Assembly: GCA_032117075.1 (NCBI GenBank)
Contig: JAUMAA010000004.1
Span: 2,629-66,628 of the forward strand
Direction: 5' to 3'
Length of the DNA stretch: 64,000 nt
Source of the DNA: Patescibacteria group bacterium
GTDB taxonomy: Bacteria; Patescibacteriota; WWE3; UBA101185; UBA10185
Of this stretch, positions 38,196-49,196 are shown piece after piece; position 1 is the stretch's first letter, and the number at the start of each line of letters is the position of its first letter. Under the pieces are notes generated by a model. That model was not told where the DNA came from, searched no databases, and was given only the letters and a program-made list of their open reading frames with translations. The position numbers were made by a program, and so were the translations under genes.

Positions 38196-39080
38196 ATGAG
38201 AAATTTTTTTACTGAAGTTGAAAGTAATAAAACAAAAACAATATTTATCGTAATGTCCTTTTTTGGTCTGATGATTGCTCTTTCCTATGTTGTTTCTCTC
38301 TACTTGGGTAGGGGAAGTTTTGTTGGGGTTTTAGGTATGGCTTTAATTTTTTCTGGAATTTCTTCCTTTGTAAGCTATTACTATTCAGATAAACTCATTT
38401 TAACTATGTCAGGTGCTAAAGAAGTTATTAGAAAAGAGAATCCTGAAATATACAATTTAGTTGAGAACTTATGTATTGGTTCAGGCCTTCCAACACCAAA
38501 AATTTATGTAATTGAAGACACAGCACTCAATGCTTTCGCAACTGGAAGGAATCCAGAAAACGGAGTTGTGTGTTTGACTACAGGAATTATTTCCACTTTA
38601 AATAAAAGAGAATTAGAGGGAGTAATTGCTCATGAATTAGCACATATTGGTAATTATGATATTAGACTAGCTTCTTTAGTTTCTGTTTTAGTTGGTTCAA
38701 TTGTTTTTATTACTGATTGGGTAAGTCATGGTCTTTTTTGGAGTAGTGAGGAGAAAGAGGTTAATCCTCTTACTTTAGCTGTTTTGATTCTAACAATTAT
38801 TGCAGCTCCAATAATAGCTACGTTGATACAGCTCTCTATTTCTAGAAATAGAGAATATTTAGCCGATGCTACTGCTGCCTCTATGACTAGATATCCTGAG
38901 GGACTAGCTTCTGCATTAGAAAAGATTTCTGGAGACACGGAAGTTTTAGAAGCTGCTAATTCAGCAACAGCTCATATGTATATTTCAAATCCACTTAAAA
39001 ATAGTGGAAACTTTGTTGCAAATTTATTTTCAACCCACCCTCCCACAGAGGAAAGAATAAAAAGATTGAGGGAAATGTAA
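38196..39080 (+). CDS. htpX: M48 zinc protease HtpX
   Basis: NAFATGR, HELAH, SRNREYLAD, STHPP. Confidence 0.95.
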   Translation: MRNFFTEVESNKTKTIFIVMSFFGLMIALSYVVSLYLGRGSFVGVLGMALIFSGISSFVSYYYSDKLILTMSGAKEVIRKENPEIYNLVENLCIGSGLPTPKIYVIEDTALNAFATGRNPENGVVCLTTGIISTLNKRELEGVIAHELAHIGNYDIRLASLVSVLVGSIVFITDWVSHGLFWSSEEKEVNPLTLAVLILTIIAAPIIATLIQLSISRNREYLADATAASMTRYPEGLASALEKISGDTEVLEAANSATAHMYISNPLKNSGNFVANLFSTHPPTEERIKRLREM

Positions 39081-39370
39081 TGTTTACTCAGAATGATATT
39101 GAGAAGTTAAGTGAATTAGTTAAAGTAACTGTAGATGAAACTGAAAAGGAGAGGTTGGCAGGAATGCTCTCTCAAACTGCAGAATACATGGACATGCTTA
39201 ATGAGTTAAATACTGATCACATTGAACCAACTTACCAAGTTACTGGTCTTACAAATGTCTTTCAAACTGACAATTTAAATAAAACACTTACTCAAGAAGA
39301 GGTTTTAAGTAATTCGGCCCATCATTCTAAAGACATGATTCAAACTGAAGGAGTTTTTGATAGGGAGTAA
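39080..39370 (+). CDS. gatC: Amidotransferase subunit C
   Basis: Size, LNELNT..IEPT, position upstream of gatA. Confidence 0.85.
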   Translation: MFTQNDIEKLSELVKVTVDETEKERLAGMLSQTAEYMDMLNELNTDHIEPTYQVTGLTNVFQTDNLNKTLTQEEVLSNSAHHSKDMIQTEGVFDRE

Positions 39371-39373
39371 TTT

Positions 39374-40801
39374 ATGAAAAAAGAACTTTGTTTTCTAACT
39401 TTACAAGAAGCTATTAACAAACTCAAATCAAAAGAAATAACTTCAATAGACTTAGTAAGTTCGTGTATTGAAAGAATCAATGAGGTTGAAGGGAATGTTA
39501 AAGCCTTTGTTACCCTAACAACTGACCAAGCAATAGCTGATGCAATTAGTGCCGATAAATTGATTGCTGAGAGGGGTGAAGAGGTTTTTGAGGAATTCCC
39601 TCTTTTAGGAATTCCGTATGCTTTAAAAGATAATTTTTCTACCAAAGGAATTTTAACCACTGCTTCTTCAAAAATGTTAGAAAACTATATTCCTCCCTTT
39701 GAATCAACAGTTAGTCAAAAATTAAATGATGCAGGAGCTATTTTACTTGGTAAAACCAATATGGATGCTTTTGCTCACGGTTCCTCTTCAGAAACTTCGG
39801 ATTTTAAAAAAACTGCCAATCCATGGGATTTAAAAAGAGTACCTGGCGGATCCTCAGGAGGATCTGCTGCAGCGGTTTCTGCCAATATGTGTATTTTTGC
39901 TATTGGTTCAGAAACCGCAGGTTCTATTAGAGGCCCTGCCTCTTGGTGTGGTGTAACTGGTTTTAAACCTTCTTATGGAAGGGTTTCAAGATATGGGGTA
40001 GTTGCTATGGCTTCCTCCACAGATCAACCAGGTCCTCTATGTAAAACAATGTGGGATGCTGCTTTTATTATGAATCTAATATCAGGAAAAGATATTAATG
40101 ATTCAACTACAGTTGAAAATGTTGTCCCAAATTATACGAATACCAATTATTCCGAACTTACTATTGGAATACCTAAATCCTACTTTGAAATTGAAATGGA
40201 TGAAGAAGTTAAAAGATTATCATTCGAATTTATTGAAAAGTTAAAACAATTGGGATTTAAAACAAAAGAAATAGATTTAATATCTCCTAAATATTCGATT
40301 GGAGTTTATACAATTATTCAAAGAAGTGAGGTTTCTTCAAACTTAGCTAGGCTCGATGGAATTAGATATGGACTTGATAGAAGTAACTTTGGATTTGAAG
40401 CAAAAAAAAGGATGATTTTGGGCTCCCATGTTCTTTCAAGTGGATTTCACGATAAATATTATACTAAAGCACAGAAAGTTAGAACTTTGATTATTAAAGA
40501 TTTTGCCAATGCTTTTAAAGAAGTTGACCTTATCATAGCTCCGACTATGCCCATAACTGCTCTTGAATTTGGTGAGGGTGAAAAGAATCCATTATTTGGA
40601 GAGATGATGGACATTTTACATGAAGGAAGTGCGATATCTGGCTTGTGCGCTATTTCTTTACCGATAGGTTTTTCTAAAGGACTTCCAGTAGGTGGGCAGT
40701 TAATAGCCACTAGACTAGATGAGGAAAAATTAGCATTTGCTGGTATTAAATATCAAGAAAATACACATTTTCACAAAGAATTTCCTAAGGAGATTATATG
40801 A
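39374..40801 (+). CDS. gatA: Amidotransferase subunit A
   Basis: Amidase signature GKTNMD, GGSSGGS, GSIRGPA. Confidence 0.96.
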   Translation: MKKELCFLTLQEAINKLKSKEITSIDLVSSCIERINEVEGNVKAFVTLTTDQAIADAISADKLIAERGEEVFEEFPLLGIPYALKDNFSTKGILTTASSKMLENYIPPFESTVSQKLNDAGAILLGKTNMDAFAHGSSSETSDFKKTANPWDLKRVPGGSSGGSAAAVSANMCIFAIGSETAGSIRGPASWCGVTGFKPSYGRVSRYGVVAMASSTDQPGPLCKTMWDAAFIMNLISGKDINDSTTVENVVPNYTNTNYSELTIGIPKSYFEIEMDEEVKRLSFEFIEKLKQLGFKTKEIDLISPKYSIGVYTIIQRSEVSSNLARLDGIRYGLDRSNFGFEAKKRMILGSHVLSSGFHDKYYTKAQKVRTLIIKDFANAFKEVDLIIAPTMPITALEFGEGEKNPLFGEMMDILHEGSAISGLCAISLPIGFSKGLPVGGQLIATRLDEEKLAFAGIKYQENTHFHKEFPKEII

Positions 40802-41229
40802 TTTTGAATAAAATTTTTACAGCAATATTTAAGTTATTCATAAGCATTTTTAAATATATTTTTAATCTTATCTTTAAAAAAAATGGGAAGAAGAAAGAGC
40901 AATACTTAAAGTTACATGAGGTTGAGTGGAAAAAAATTAATGAAGATTTGAAATCTGGTTCTCCGACCCTCTTGAAAAATACCCTAATCAGAGCAGATAA
41001 ATCTCTTGATAACATTTTAAAAGAAAAAACATCTGGAACTACTATGGGTGAAAGGTTAATTTCTGGAAAGAAGTTTTTCTCTGACAATACCTATCAAGAT
41101 ATTTGGTCAGCCCATAAAATTAGAAATAGTATGGTTCACGAAACTGGATTTGAACCAACCGTAAATTTATTAGTAAAATCTATTAATCAATTAAAAAGAG
41201 GTGTCAAAGAGTTAGGAGTAAAAGCATGA
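40798..41229 (+). CDS. Hypothetical protein with HEPN-like R-X4-H motif
   Basis: WSAHKIRNSMVHE; amphipathic N-terminus; 4-bp ATGA overlaps with both gatA and gatB. Confidence 0.7.
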   Translation: MILNKIFTAIFKLFISIFKYIFNLIFKKNGKKKEQYLKLHEVEWKKINEDLKSGSPTLLKNTLIRADKSLDNILKEKTSGTTMGERLISGKKFFSDNTYQDIWSAHKIRNSMVHETGFEPTVNLLVKSINQLKRGVKELGVKA

Positions 41230-42527
41230 ATGAGTATCATTTAGTTCTAGGTTTAGAAATACATTTTCATTTAAAAACCAAAAAGAAAGTATTTTGTGGA
41301 TGCGATGCTAACTTTTACGGTGATGAACCAAACACTCATGTTTGCCCATCTTGTTTGGGTCTGCCAGGTGCACTTCCTGTAGCAAATTTTGAAGCTGTCA
41401 ATAAAACACAAATTTTAGGTACCGCTTTAAATTGTGAGTTAAATAAGTTTTCCAGATTTGACAGAAAGCATTATTTTTACCCAGATCTTCCAAAAGGGTA
41501 TCAAATTTCTCAAAATGAGTTTCCATTGTGTGTAGGCGGATTCGTAATACTAGATTCTGGAAAAAAATGCGACTTAGATAGAATTCATTTAGAAGAAGAT
41601 GCCGCTAAATCATTTCATTCTGGAGGCAGAACACTAATTGATTACAATAAATCAGGGGCTGCCTTAGTTGAAATAGTTACTAAGCCAATTTTTGAAACAG
41701 CTGCAGAAGCTGTAGAATTTTCTAAAAAAATTCAAGATATTGTTAGAACTCTAGGTATTGCAGATGTAGATATGGAAAAAGGTCAATTAAGGCTTGAGGC
41801 GAATATTTCTATTAGGACTTCTGAGATGAAAGATAAAGGTGAGTATCCAAATTATAAAGTTGAAGTTAAAAATATAAATTCATTTAAATTTTTAGAAAAG
41901 GCAATTAATTACGAAATTTTAAGACAAACAGAAGCTCTTCAAAAAGGGGAAAAATTATCTCAGGAGAATAGAGGATTTAATGAAGCAAAAGGTGTAACAG
42001 TTTTACAAAGAAAGAAAGAGGAGGCTAAAGATTATAGGTATTTTCCAGACCCAGATTTGCCTCCTATGACCTTTACTGATGAATATATTTTAGATTTAAA
42101 GAATTCTCTTCCAGAATTACCTTTTGCAAAATATCAAAAATTAAAATCTGAATTTGGATTAAACGAAAATCAAGCTAGATTTTTAACCAACGGTGATGGG
42201 TTAGATTTATATTCTAGGTTTATGGAACTTGTTTCTTTAGTAGATGCAGTTAAGTTAGCAAATTTACTAATTAATAAACCTGAATTCAGAAATTTAACAA
42301 ATGAAGAATTCGTACAAAAAATAAAAGAATTAGAAACATCAAATGTTTCTGATGAGAAAATACTTGAGATTGTGAAGAATGTTTTATCTAGAGAAACAGA
42401 TGCTGTGGAGAAAATCAAAGCAGGTAAAGAATCTGTCATGATGTACCTGGTAGGTCAAGTTATGAAAGAATTAAAAGCTAAGGTTGATACTATTAAAATT
42501 ATTGAAGTAATTAAATCTAATTTATGA
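41226..42527 (+). CDS. gatB: Amidotransferase subunit B
   Basis: GLEIH, YFYPDLPKGYQISQ, DYRYFPDPDL. Confidence 0.97.
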   Translation: MNEYHLVLGLEIHFHLKTKKKVFCGCDANFYGDEPNTHVCPSCLGLPGALPVANFEAVNKTQILGTALNCELNKFSRFDRKHYFYPDLPKGYQISQNEFPLCVGGFVILDSGKKCDLDRIHLEEDAAKSFHSGGRTLIDYNKSGAALVEIVTKPIFETAAEAVEFSKKIQDIVRTLGIADVDMEKGQLRLEANISIRTSEMKDKGEYPNYKVEVKNINSFKFLEKAINYEILRQTEALQKGEKLSQENRGFNEAKGVTVLQRKKEEAKDYRYFPDPDLPPMTFTDEYILDLKNSLPELPFAKYQKLKSEFGLNENQARFLTNGDGLDLYSRFMELVSLVDAVKLANLLINKPEFRNLTNEEFVQKIKELETSNVSDEKILEIVKNVLSRETDAVEKIKAGKESVMMYLVGQVMKELKAKVDTIKIIEVIKSNL

Positions 42528-43636
42528 AATATGATATTTTAATAGTCGGGGCGGGCATTTCTGGGTTAACTTTAGCTGAAAGATACTCAACAGTTTTAAA
42601 TAAAAAAGTTCTTTTAATAGATATAAGGGATCATATTGGAGGTAATTGTTATGATTATATAAATGAAATTGGTATTTTAGTTCCAAAATACGGCCCTCAT
42701 TTTTTCCATACAAACAATGAAAAAGTTTGGGATTATGTTTCAAAATTTACTGAATGGACCCCTTATGAACACAGAGTTCTAGCAAAAGTTAAAAAAAAAT
42801 TAGTTCCAGTACCTGTAAATATTACAACTGTTAATAAACTTTTTAATTTAAAAATATCAAATGAAGATGAAATGGAAAAGTTTCTAGAAAAAGAAAGACA
42901 GGATTTAGATCAAGTTTTAAATTCTGAGGATTCTGCTTTGAAAAGAGTTGGAAAAAGGATATATGAACTTATTTTTAAGAATTACACAATAAAGCAATGG
43001 GACATGCTTCCCTCAGATTTAAATCCTTCTGTTCTAAATAGAATCCCTATAAGGAATAATTTTGATGATAGGTATTTTACAGATAAATACCAAGCTATGC
43101 CTAAAAATGGATACACAAAATTGTTTAAAAAAATGATTAAAAGTTCAAATATAGAAGTTAAACTAAATACAGATTATTTTGAGTTAAAAGAAAATTTATT
43201 ATATCAAAAAATGTTTTTTACTGGTCCAATTGACAGATTTTTTGATTTTTTATATAAAGAAAAATTGCAATATAGGTCATTAAAGTTCAAACATGAAAAT
43301 TTAAACCAAGAATACTTTCAAAATGTTGCTCAAGTTAATTATCCTAACAATTTTAAATTTACTAGGATAACTGAGCCTAAGCACTCATATGGTAAAAAAA
43401 ATAAAAAAACAACAATAATAAAAGAATATCCCACTTGGAAAGGGGAGGGGTATTATCCTGTTCCAAATGAAAGAAACTTAAATCTATATTATAAATATCA
43501 AAGTATTGCAAAAGAATATGAAAAGCAAAATATCTATTTTGTTGGGAGGTTAGCGACTTACAAATATATTAATATGGATGAGGCATTTAATTGTGCTTTA
43601 GAATTATTTGAAAAACTAGAACCTAATGTTACTTGA
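42524..43636 (+). CDS. glf: UDP-galactopyranose mutase
   Basis: GAGISG, HIGGNCYD, YGPHFFHT, GRLATYKYINMD. Confidence 0.96.
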   Translation: MKYDILIVGAGISGLTLAERYSTVLNKKVLLIDIRDHIGGNCYDYINEIGILVPKYGPHFFHTNNEKVWDYVSKFTEWTPYEHRVLAKVKKKLVPVPVNITTVNKLFNLKISNEDEMEKFLEKERQDLDQVLNSEDSALKRVGKRIYELIFKNYTIKQWDMLPSDLNPSVLNRIPIRNNFDDRYFTDKYQAMPKNGYTKLFKKMIKSSNIEVKLNTDYFELKENLLYQKMFFTGPIDRFFDFLYKEKLQYRSLKFKHENLNQEYFQNVAQVNYPNNFKFTRITEPKHSYGKKNKKTTIIKEYPTWKGEGYYPVPNERNLNLYYKYQSIAKEYEKQNIYFVGRLATYKYINMDEAFNCALELFEKLEPNVT

Positions 43637-44657
43637 AATAAACAAATCCAATTATTATAACTACATTAAGTCAATACACCTCAATAAAAGGTATAAATTA
43701 TTAGTATGTATTCCTACTTTTAAATCATTTGAAATAACTTCTAAGTCAATAAAATCTCTTTATAATCAAAAAGATATATCATTCGATTTATTAGTTATAG
43801 GTCCATCCGGGGATATAGAACTTTTAGTTGAGAAATTTCCAGATATAAATTTTTGTATTACTAAAGATAATTATGGTTCAAGTGGTAATCAATTGTTAAA
43901 TATCTATATTTCAAAGGATTTTAAATATGAATATGTTGTTTTAACAGATAACGATGCTTTTTTTCTGGATGACTTTGGGTTAAGTAAAATGTTACATATT
44001 TTGAAAAGAGATAATTTGGTATGGGTATTTCCAATCCTAAACAATATAGATTTAAAAACAAATAAATATTACCTAGGTTCTACATTTCATTGTAGTCTTT
44101 TTTCATCAGAAATTTTTCTTTATTTAGAATATTATTTTAATCCAAATTATTTTTTATTGTTTGATGATGTTTCATTTTCCAAAAGATTAGAGTATGTTTT
44201 TCCTGGTAGATTTAAATATGTAGATGTTAGGTACTATCATCCAAGAAAATTAAATGTGCTAAGCTTTGATAAAAAATATTCCTTTTTTTGTACTAGAAGT
44301 ATTTTAATTTACCTTTTTAGAGAAAGATTTCCTTTGAAATTTAAATTAAGTTCAATGTATTTAAGACCTGTACTCTCTATATTATTGATTTTTTTTTTGA
44401 AATATGGATTTGATTATATTAAGATTTTGGCAGAATGTTTAAAACAAGTATATAAAAATGATTATAATTTAAATTATCTTAATAATTTAAAAAATAAGAT
44501 TGTATTTGAAGAGATTTCAGAAAAGAAAGCATTAAAAATTGAAAAGATTAAACCATTTAAATTAATAAATAATCTTTATCAAACAATTTTTGTTCCTGAA
44601 AAATTTAAATATAAAGATTCTGATAATAAATTTAAATATTTTATTAGAATTTACTAA
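43626..44657 (+). CDS. Family 2 glycosyltransferase (possibly galactofuranosyltransferase)
   Basis: VCIPTF, NYGSSG, TDND DxD motif, FDD; follows glf. Confidence 0.8.
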   Translation: MLLEINKSNYYNYIKSIHLNKRYKLLVCIPTFKSFEITSKSIKSLYNQKDISFDLLVIGPSGDIELLVEKFPDINFCITKDNYGSSGNQLLNIYISKDFKYEYVVLTDNDAFFLDDFGLSKMLHILKRDNLVWVFPILNNIDLKTNKYYLGSTFHCSLFSSEIFLYLEYYFNPNYFLLFDDVSFSKRLEYVFPGRFKYVDVRYYHPRKLNVLSFDKKYSFFCTRSILIYLFRERFPLKFKLSSMYLRPVLSILLIFFLKYGFDYIKILAECLKQVYKNDYNLNYLNNLKNKIVFEEISEKKALKIEKIKPFKLINNLYQTIFVPEKFKYKDSDNKFKYFIRIY

Positions 44658-44680
44658 CTTATATTTGATAGAATAAGGAC

Positions 44681-46507
44681 ATGGAATTTAAATTCGATCC
44701 TGCCAATCCTAAGTATGAGTATATAACTGATATCTCACATTATCAAAAAGCAATCAAAGAACTTGAGGGTGTAAATGTTCTGTCAGTTGACACTGAGACC
44801 ACAGGTTTTGATCCTCATACTTGTAAGTTGTTGTTATTTCAAATTTCTACATCAGACAAGAGTTATATTATAGATGCCAGGGCATTAAATGTTGGTGAGT
44901 TGCCAGAAATAAGAGAAATATTAGAAGATCAAAAAAAAATTAAAATTCTTCAAAATGCAAAATTTGATTATAAATTTATAAAAAAACATACTGGAATTGA
45001 AATGTACAACATTTATGACACACTTTTAGCTGAGGGAGTGTTAACGGCAGGTCTTTCAGGAGGCAGAGCTTCCTTGAAAGAATTAACAAAAAATTACCTT
45101 GGTTTAGATATGGATAAAAATATTCGAAAAAGTTTTGTCGGTCTAAAAGATATCAATTTTTCTGATGAGCAGTTAAAGTATGCTGCGATTGACACCTTTG
45201 TTTTATTCCCAATTTTTGATGCTCAAGTTCCTAAATTAAAGTTACAAGGTGTGGTTGACACGGCTAAAACCGAATTTGCTGTTACTAAGGTTATTGGAGA
45301 AATGGAACTAAGAGGTGTCTATATTAATAAATCAAAGTGGAAAGATATTATTATAAATCTATCAAAAAGAAGAGATGAGTTAACTTTAGATTTTTACGAT
45401 AAGATTTCGGGATATTACGAATACAATGCGATAGACTTATTTGGAAACACAGCTCCTCCGATTAATATTAATTCTCAGCCCCAACTATTAGATTTATTTA
45501 ATAAAAAAGTGGGGCTGAATTTACCCTCTACAGGAGACCCAATTTTAGAAACAGTAAATCATCCATTAGTAAATCTTCTTAGGGAATACAGAAAATATGA
45601 AAAATTGATTTCAGCTTTTGGTGACTCTCTTTTAGATAAAATTAATCCAGTAACACATAGAATACACCCTGAGTTTAATCAAATGGGTGCAGCCACTGGA
45701 AGATTTTCTTGCAATAATCCAAACTTACAACAAATTCCTAGAAACCAACCTGAAGCTCCATTTAGAGAGTGTTTTAATCCAGGAGATGGGTATAAATTTG
45801 TAATTTCAGATTATTCTTCAATGGAGATGAGAATTTTGGCAGATCTTTCAGGAGATGCAAAATTTATTAATGCTATTAAAAATGGTTATGACTTGCATTC
45901 GTATACTGCTGCACTAATGTTTGGCCTTGAATATACAGATGATTTTAAGAAACATCATGGTGACTTAAGGCAAGCTGCAAAAGCTATTAACTTCGGACTG
46001 ATGTACGGAATGGGACCTGGAAGACTTGCAGCTCAAATTAATGTGTCTCCGGAACAAGGAAAGGAATACATGGAGAAATATTTTTCTTCGTATCCAAGTG
46101 TTAGGGATTTCTTAAAAAGGGTGGCCTCTGAAGCTGTAAGAAATGGTTATTCTGCAACTCCTGGGGGAAGAAAAAGATGGTATAAAATGCCTGACAAAAA
46201 TGATCCTGATTATAAAAAACTTATTGGATCAGTTGAAAGGCAGGCAAAAAATCATCCAATTCAGGGTACAAATGCCGATGCCATGAAATTTGCACTTGTT
46301 TCATTATATGAAAGAATGAAAAGGGAAAAAATTGATGCATACATCTTACTTACAGTTCATGATGAAATTGTGACTGAATGTAATTCCGAATTTGCAGACA
46401 CCTTTAAAGATATATTATCCGAAGAAATGGTGAAAGCTGCGGAGGTTTTCGTTAAAAAGGTCCCTATTGTTTCAGACCCATTTGTTGGTGATGTTTGGGA
46501 GCATTAA
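44681..46507 (+). CDS. polA: Family A DNA polymerase, Klenow-like (3'-5' exonuclease plus polymerase)
   Basis: DTETTG, NAKFD, DYSSME, KAINFGLMYG, VHDE; no 5' nuclease domain. Confidence 0.92.
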   Translation: MEFKFDPANPKYEYITDISHYQKAIKELEGVNVLSVDTETTGFDPHTCKLLLFQISTSDKSYIIDARALNVGELPEIREILEDQKKIKILQNAKFDYKFIKKHTGIEMYNIYDTLLAEGVLTAGLSGGRASLKELTKNYLGLDMDKNIRKSFVGLKDINFSDEQLKYAAIDTFVLFPIFDAQVPKLKLQGVVDTAKTEFAVTKVIGEMELRGVYINKSKWKDIIINLSKRRDELTLDFYDKISGYYEYNAIDLFGNTAPPININSQPQLLDLFNKKVGLNLPSTGDPILETVNHPLVNLLREYRKYEKLISAFGDSLLDKINPVTHRIHPEFNQMGAATGRFSCNNPNLQQIPRNQPEAPFRECFNPGDGYKFVISDYSSMEMRILADLSGDAKFINAIKNGYDLHSYTAALMFGLEYTDDFKKHHGDLRQAAKAINFGLMYGMGPGRLAAQINVSPEQGKEYMEKYFSSYPSVRDFLKRVASEAVRNGYSATPGGRKRWYKMPDKNDPDYKKLIGSVERQAKNHPIQGTNADAMKFALVSLYERMKREKIDAYILLTVHDEIVTECNSEFADTFKDILSEEMVKAAEVFVKKVPIVSDPFVGDVWEH

Positions 46508-46534
46508 TTGAAGTTCAAGCCTCCCCGATTCTTT

Positions 46535-46561
46535 TTAGCAAGTATCTTGCAAAGGTGCCAG
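46535..46561 (+). promoter_or_regulatory. Degenerate CIRCE-like operator over the clpC promoter
   Basis: TTAGCAagt-N9-aggTGCcAg versus consensus TTAGCACTC-N9-GAGTGCTAA; overlaps TTGCAA -35, with TGATAATAT -10 downstream. Confidence 0.5.
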
Positions 46562-46582
46562 AAAATGATAATATAAATTCAT

Positions 46583-48688
46583 ATGGTTGTATGTCACAAA
46601 TGCGGACAAAGAAGAGCCGTAATTTCCACAAACAAAATAGTAGATGGTAAGCAAGTTTATATCGCTTTATGCGAGAAATGTTACAAAGAATCCCAGGATA
46701 ATTCAGTTTCTACCTCTGCCTTAGATAAATTTGGAAGGGATTTAACTGATTTAGCAAGAGAAGGAAAGTTAGATCCTGTAATTGGTAGACAAACTGAAGT
46801 TGAAAGAGTAATTCATATATTATCAAGAAGAACAAAAAATAACCCAGTTTTGATTGGCGAGCCAGGAGTTGGTAAGACTGCTGTAGTAGAAGGACTTGCC
46901 CAAAGAATTATTTCAGGCTCAGTTCCTGAAATTTTAAGAAATAAGAGAGTCTTCTCGTTAGACATGGCTTCTATTTTAGCAGGAACTGCTCACAGAGGTC
47001 AGTTTGAAGCAAGACTTAAAGATATTATTAAAGAAGTTTCTAAAGCTGAAGGCCAGATTATTCTTTTTATGGACGAGGTTCATACTCTTATTGGAGCAGG
47101 TGCTGCAGAAGGAGCTATTGATGCTGCTAACATGCTTAAACCATCCTTAGCTAGAGGAGAGCTTCAAATGATTGGAGCCACAACTCTTGATGAATACAAA
47201 AAACATATCGAAAAAGATGCAGCCTTAGAAAGAAGGTTTCAGCCAGTCATAGTTAAAGAACCCTCAATTGAGGATGCCATTTTAATTTTAAAAGGTTTGA
47301 GAGATACCTATGAAGTTCATCATCAAGTAAAAATTACAAACGAAGCTATTGATGCGGCTGTCCATATGTCTAAAAGATATATTAACGATAGATTTTTACC
47401 TGATAAAGCAATTGACTTGATGGATGAGGCTTCCGCTCAGGTAAGAATTTCTTCAATTAAAGAGCCTTCCAATTTGAAAGAAGTTGAACAAAATATTTTA
47501 GATCTTAAAGAAAAATTAAGAAACGATGAATTAGAATTTAAAGAAAAAGCCAAAATTGAAGAAGAGATAGAAAATTTAAAGAATCTTAGGGAAGAGCTAG
47601 TAGAGTTATGGACTCGAACAAAAATCGAAGAAACTCCTTCTGTGACCAAAAAAGATGTTGTTAGAGTAGTTTCTTTAATGACCGGGATTCCTTTAGATGA
47701 ATTAAGTGTTGAGGAAAAAGAAAAACTTTCAAAACTTGAAGAAAGATTAGGAAATAGAGTTGTCGGTCAAAAACAAGCTCTAAAAGTTCTATCTTCTGCA
47801 ATTAGAAGATCCAGAGCTGGACTTAAAGACCCTAAAAGACCTATTGGTACTTTCCTCTTCCTAGGTTCAACCGGGGTTGGAAAAACAGAAGTTGCCAAAT
47901 CATTAGCAGAATTGCTTTACGGTAATGAGGATATGCTGGTAAGACTGGATATGACTGAATATATGGAAAAGCATACAGTTTCTAGATTATTTGGAGCTCC
48001 TCCAGGATATATTGGGTATGATAATGGTGGTCAACTTACTGATACTGTAAGAAGAAAACCATTTTCGATCATTCTTTTAGATGAGGTTGAAAAAGCACAC
48101 GGTGATGTTTTTAATGCTCTTCTTCAGATTATGGATGACGGAAGACTTACAGATGGTAAAGGAAGAACAGTTGACTTTAAAAATACAATTATAATTATGA
48201 CATCTAATTTAGGCTCGAATGTTCTCAAAAGAGCTGAAATTGGTTTGACTTCTTCTAAAAAAGATAAATCAAAAGAAGAGATTACATTACAAAATGAGCA
48301 AAAATTAGATAAAGTTTTAAAAGATTACTTCAAGCCTGAGTTTTTAAATAGGATTGATGAGGTAGTTGTTTTCTCTAATCTATCTAAAGAAGATATAGCT
48401 GAAATAGTTAAAATTCAGATAGATAAAACAATAAAAATGCTAAAGGATCAGGGAGTGAAGTTAAATATTCTTTCCTCAGCTATGGATTACTTGGTAAATA
48501 ATGGTTACTCCGAAGAGTATGGTGCCAGACCTTTGAAAAGACTGATTCAGAAGGAAATTGAAAATAAATTGTCAGAAATGATAATATCTGACGAAATAGT
48601 CTCAGGAAATGAGGTTGAAATAGGAGTTTTGGATGGAAAACTGGATTTTAAGGTAAAAGTTCCTGAAAATGCAGAAATTCTTAACTAA
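46583..48688 (+). CDS. clpC: Clp AAA+ ATPase with N-terminal CxxC..CxxC zinc finger (ClpC/ClpE-like)
   Basis: GEPGVGKT and GSTGVGKT Walker A motifs, GAPPGYIG; CHKC...CEKC. Confidence 0.9.
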   Translation: MVVCHKCGQRRAVISTNKIVDGKQVYIALCEKCYKESQDNSVSTSALDKFGRDLTDLAREGKLDPVIGRQTEVERVIHILSRRTKNNPVLIGEPGVGKTAVVEGLAQRIISGSVPEILRNKRVFSLDMASILAGTAHRGQFEARLKDIIKEVSKAEGQIILFMDEVHTLIGAGAAEGAIDAANMLKPSLARGELQMIGATTLDEYKKHIEKDAALERRFQPVIVKEPSIEDAILILKGLRDTYEVHHQVKITNEAIDAAVHMSKRYINDRFLPDKAIDLMDEASAQVRISSIKEPSNLKEVEQNILDLKEKLRNDELEFKEKAKIEEEIENLKNLREELVELWTRTKIEETPSVTKKDVVRVVSLMTGIPLDELSVEEKEKLSKLEERLGNRVVGQKQALKVLSSAIRRSRAGLKDPKRPIGTFLFLGSTGVGKTEVAKSLAELLYGNEDMLVRLDMTEYMEKHTVSRLFGAPPGYIGYDNGGQLTDTVRRKPFSIILLDEVEKAHGDVFNALLQIMDDGRLTDGKGRTVDFKNTIIIMTSNLGSNVLKRAEIGLTSSKKDKSKEEITLQNEQKLDKVLKDYFKPEFLNRIDEVVVFSNLSKEDIAEIVKIQIDKTIKMLKDQGVKLNILSSAMDYLVNNGYSEEYGARPLKRLIQKEIENKLSEMIISDEIVSGNEVEIGVLDGKLDFKVKVPENAEILN

Positions 48689-48730
48689 AATTTCTTGTCA
48701 TTTAGCAAAAATCTGTTATTATTTAAAAAT

Positions 48731-49090
48731 ATGTCAAACGTTGTTGATGTTAAAAACAAAGAAATTGTTCCTTTTAGATCAGGTGATACTGTAAGAGTAC
48801 ACTATAAAATCATAGAAGGAGGAAAATCAAGAGTCCAACCATACGAAGGTATTTGTATTTCTTTTAGAGGTGAAAGTATTTCAAAGACATTCACTGTTAG
48901 AAGAATAGGTGCTGATAACATCGGTGTTGAAAGAATTTTCCCATTATATTCTCCAAATATTGAAAAAATTGAAGTTGTTTCCTACGGAAAAGTAAGAAGA
49001 GCTAAATTATTCTATCTAAGAAATAGAGTAGGTAAAGCTGCTACAAGAGTTAAAACATTAACTCCTAAAACTACAGCTAATACTGCCTAG
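48731..49090 (+). CDS. rplS: 50S ribosomal protein L19
   Basis: [26 protein letters not shown]. Confidence 0.98.
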   Translation: MSNVVDVKNKEIVPFRSGDTVRVHYKIIEGGKSRVQPYEGICISFRGESISKTFTVRRIGADNIGVERIFPLYSPNIEKIEVVSYGKVRRAKLFYLRNRVGKAATRVKTLTPKTTANTA

Positions 49091-49196
49091 TTTTCTAAAA
49101 TCATAAAATTTAAAAAATTTGAAAATATAGTCAAAATGTAGTAAAATAAGTATTACCCATGTAAAGTGGGTAAATTCCTGGATGTAGGAGAGAGAA

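Noticed and set aside
48695-48730. Upstream extended starts in the track for rplS (also nrdJ 18512, SBP 52378, 35738, 8416, 58881)
   Set aside because: Downstream ATGs fit family N-termini, SDs or -10 spacing better
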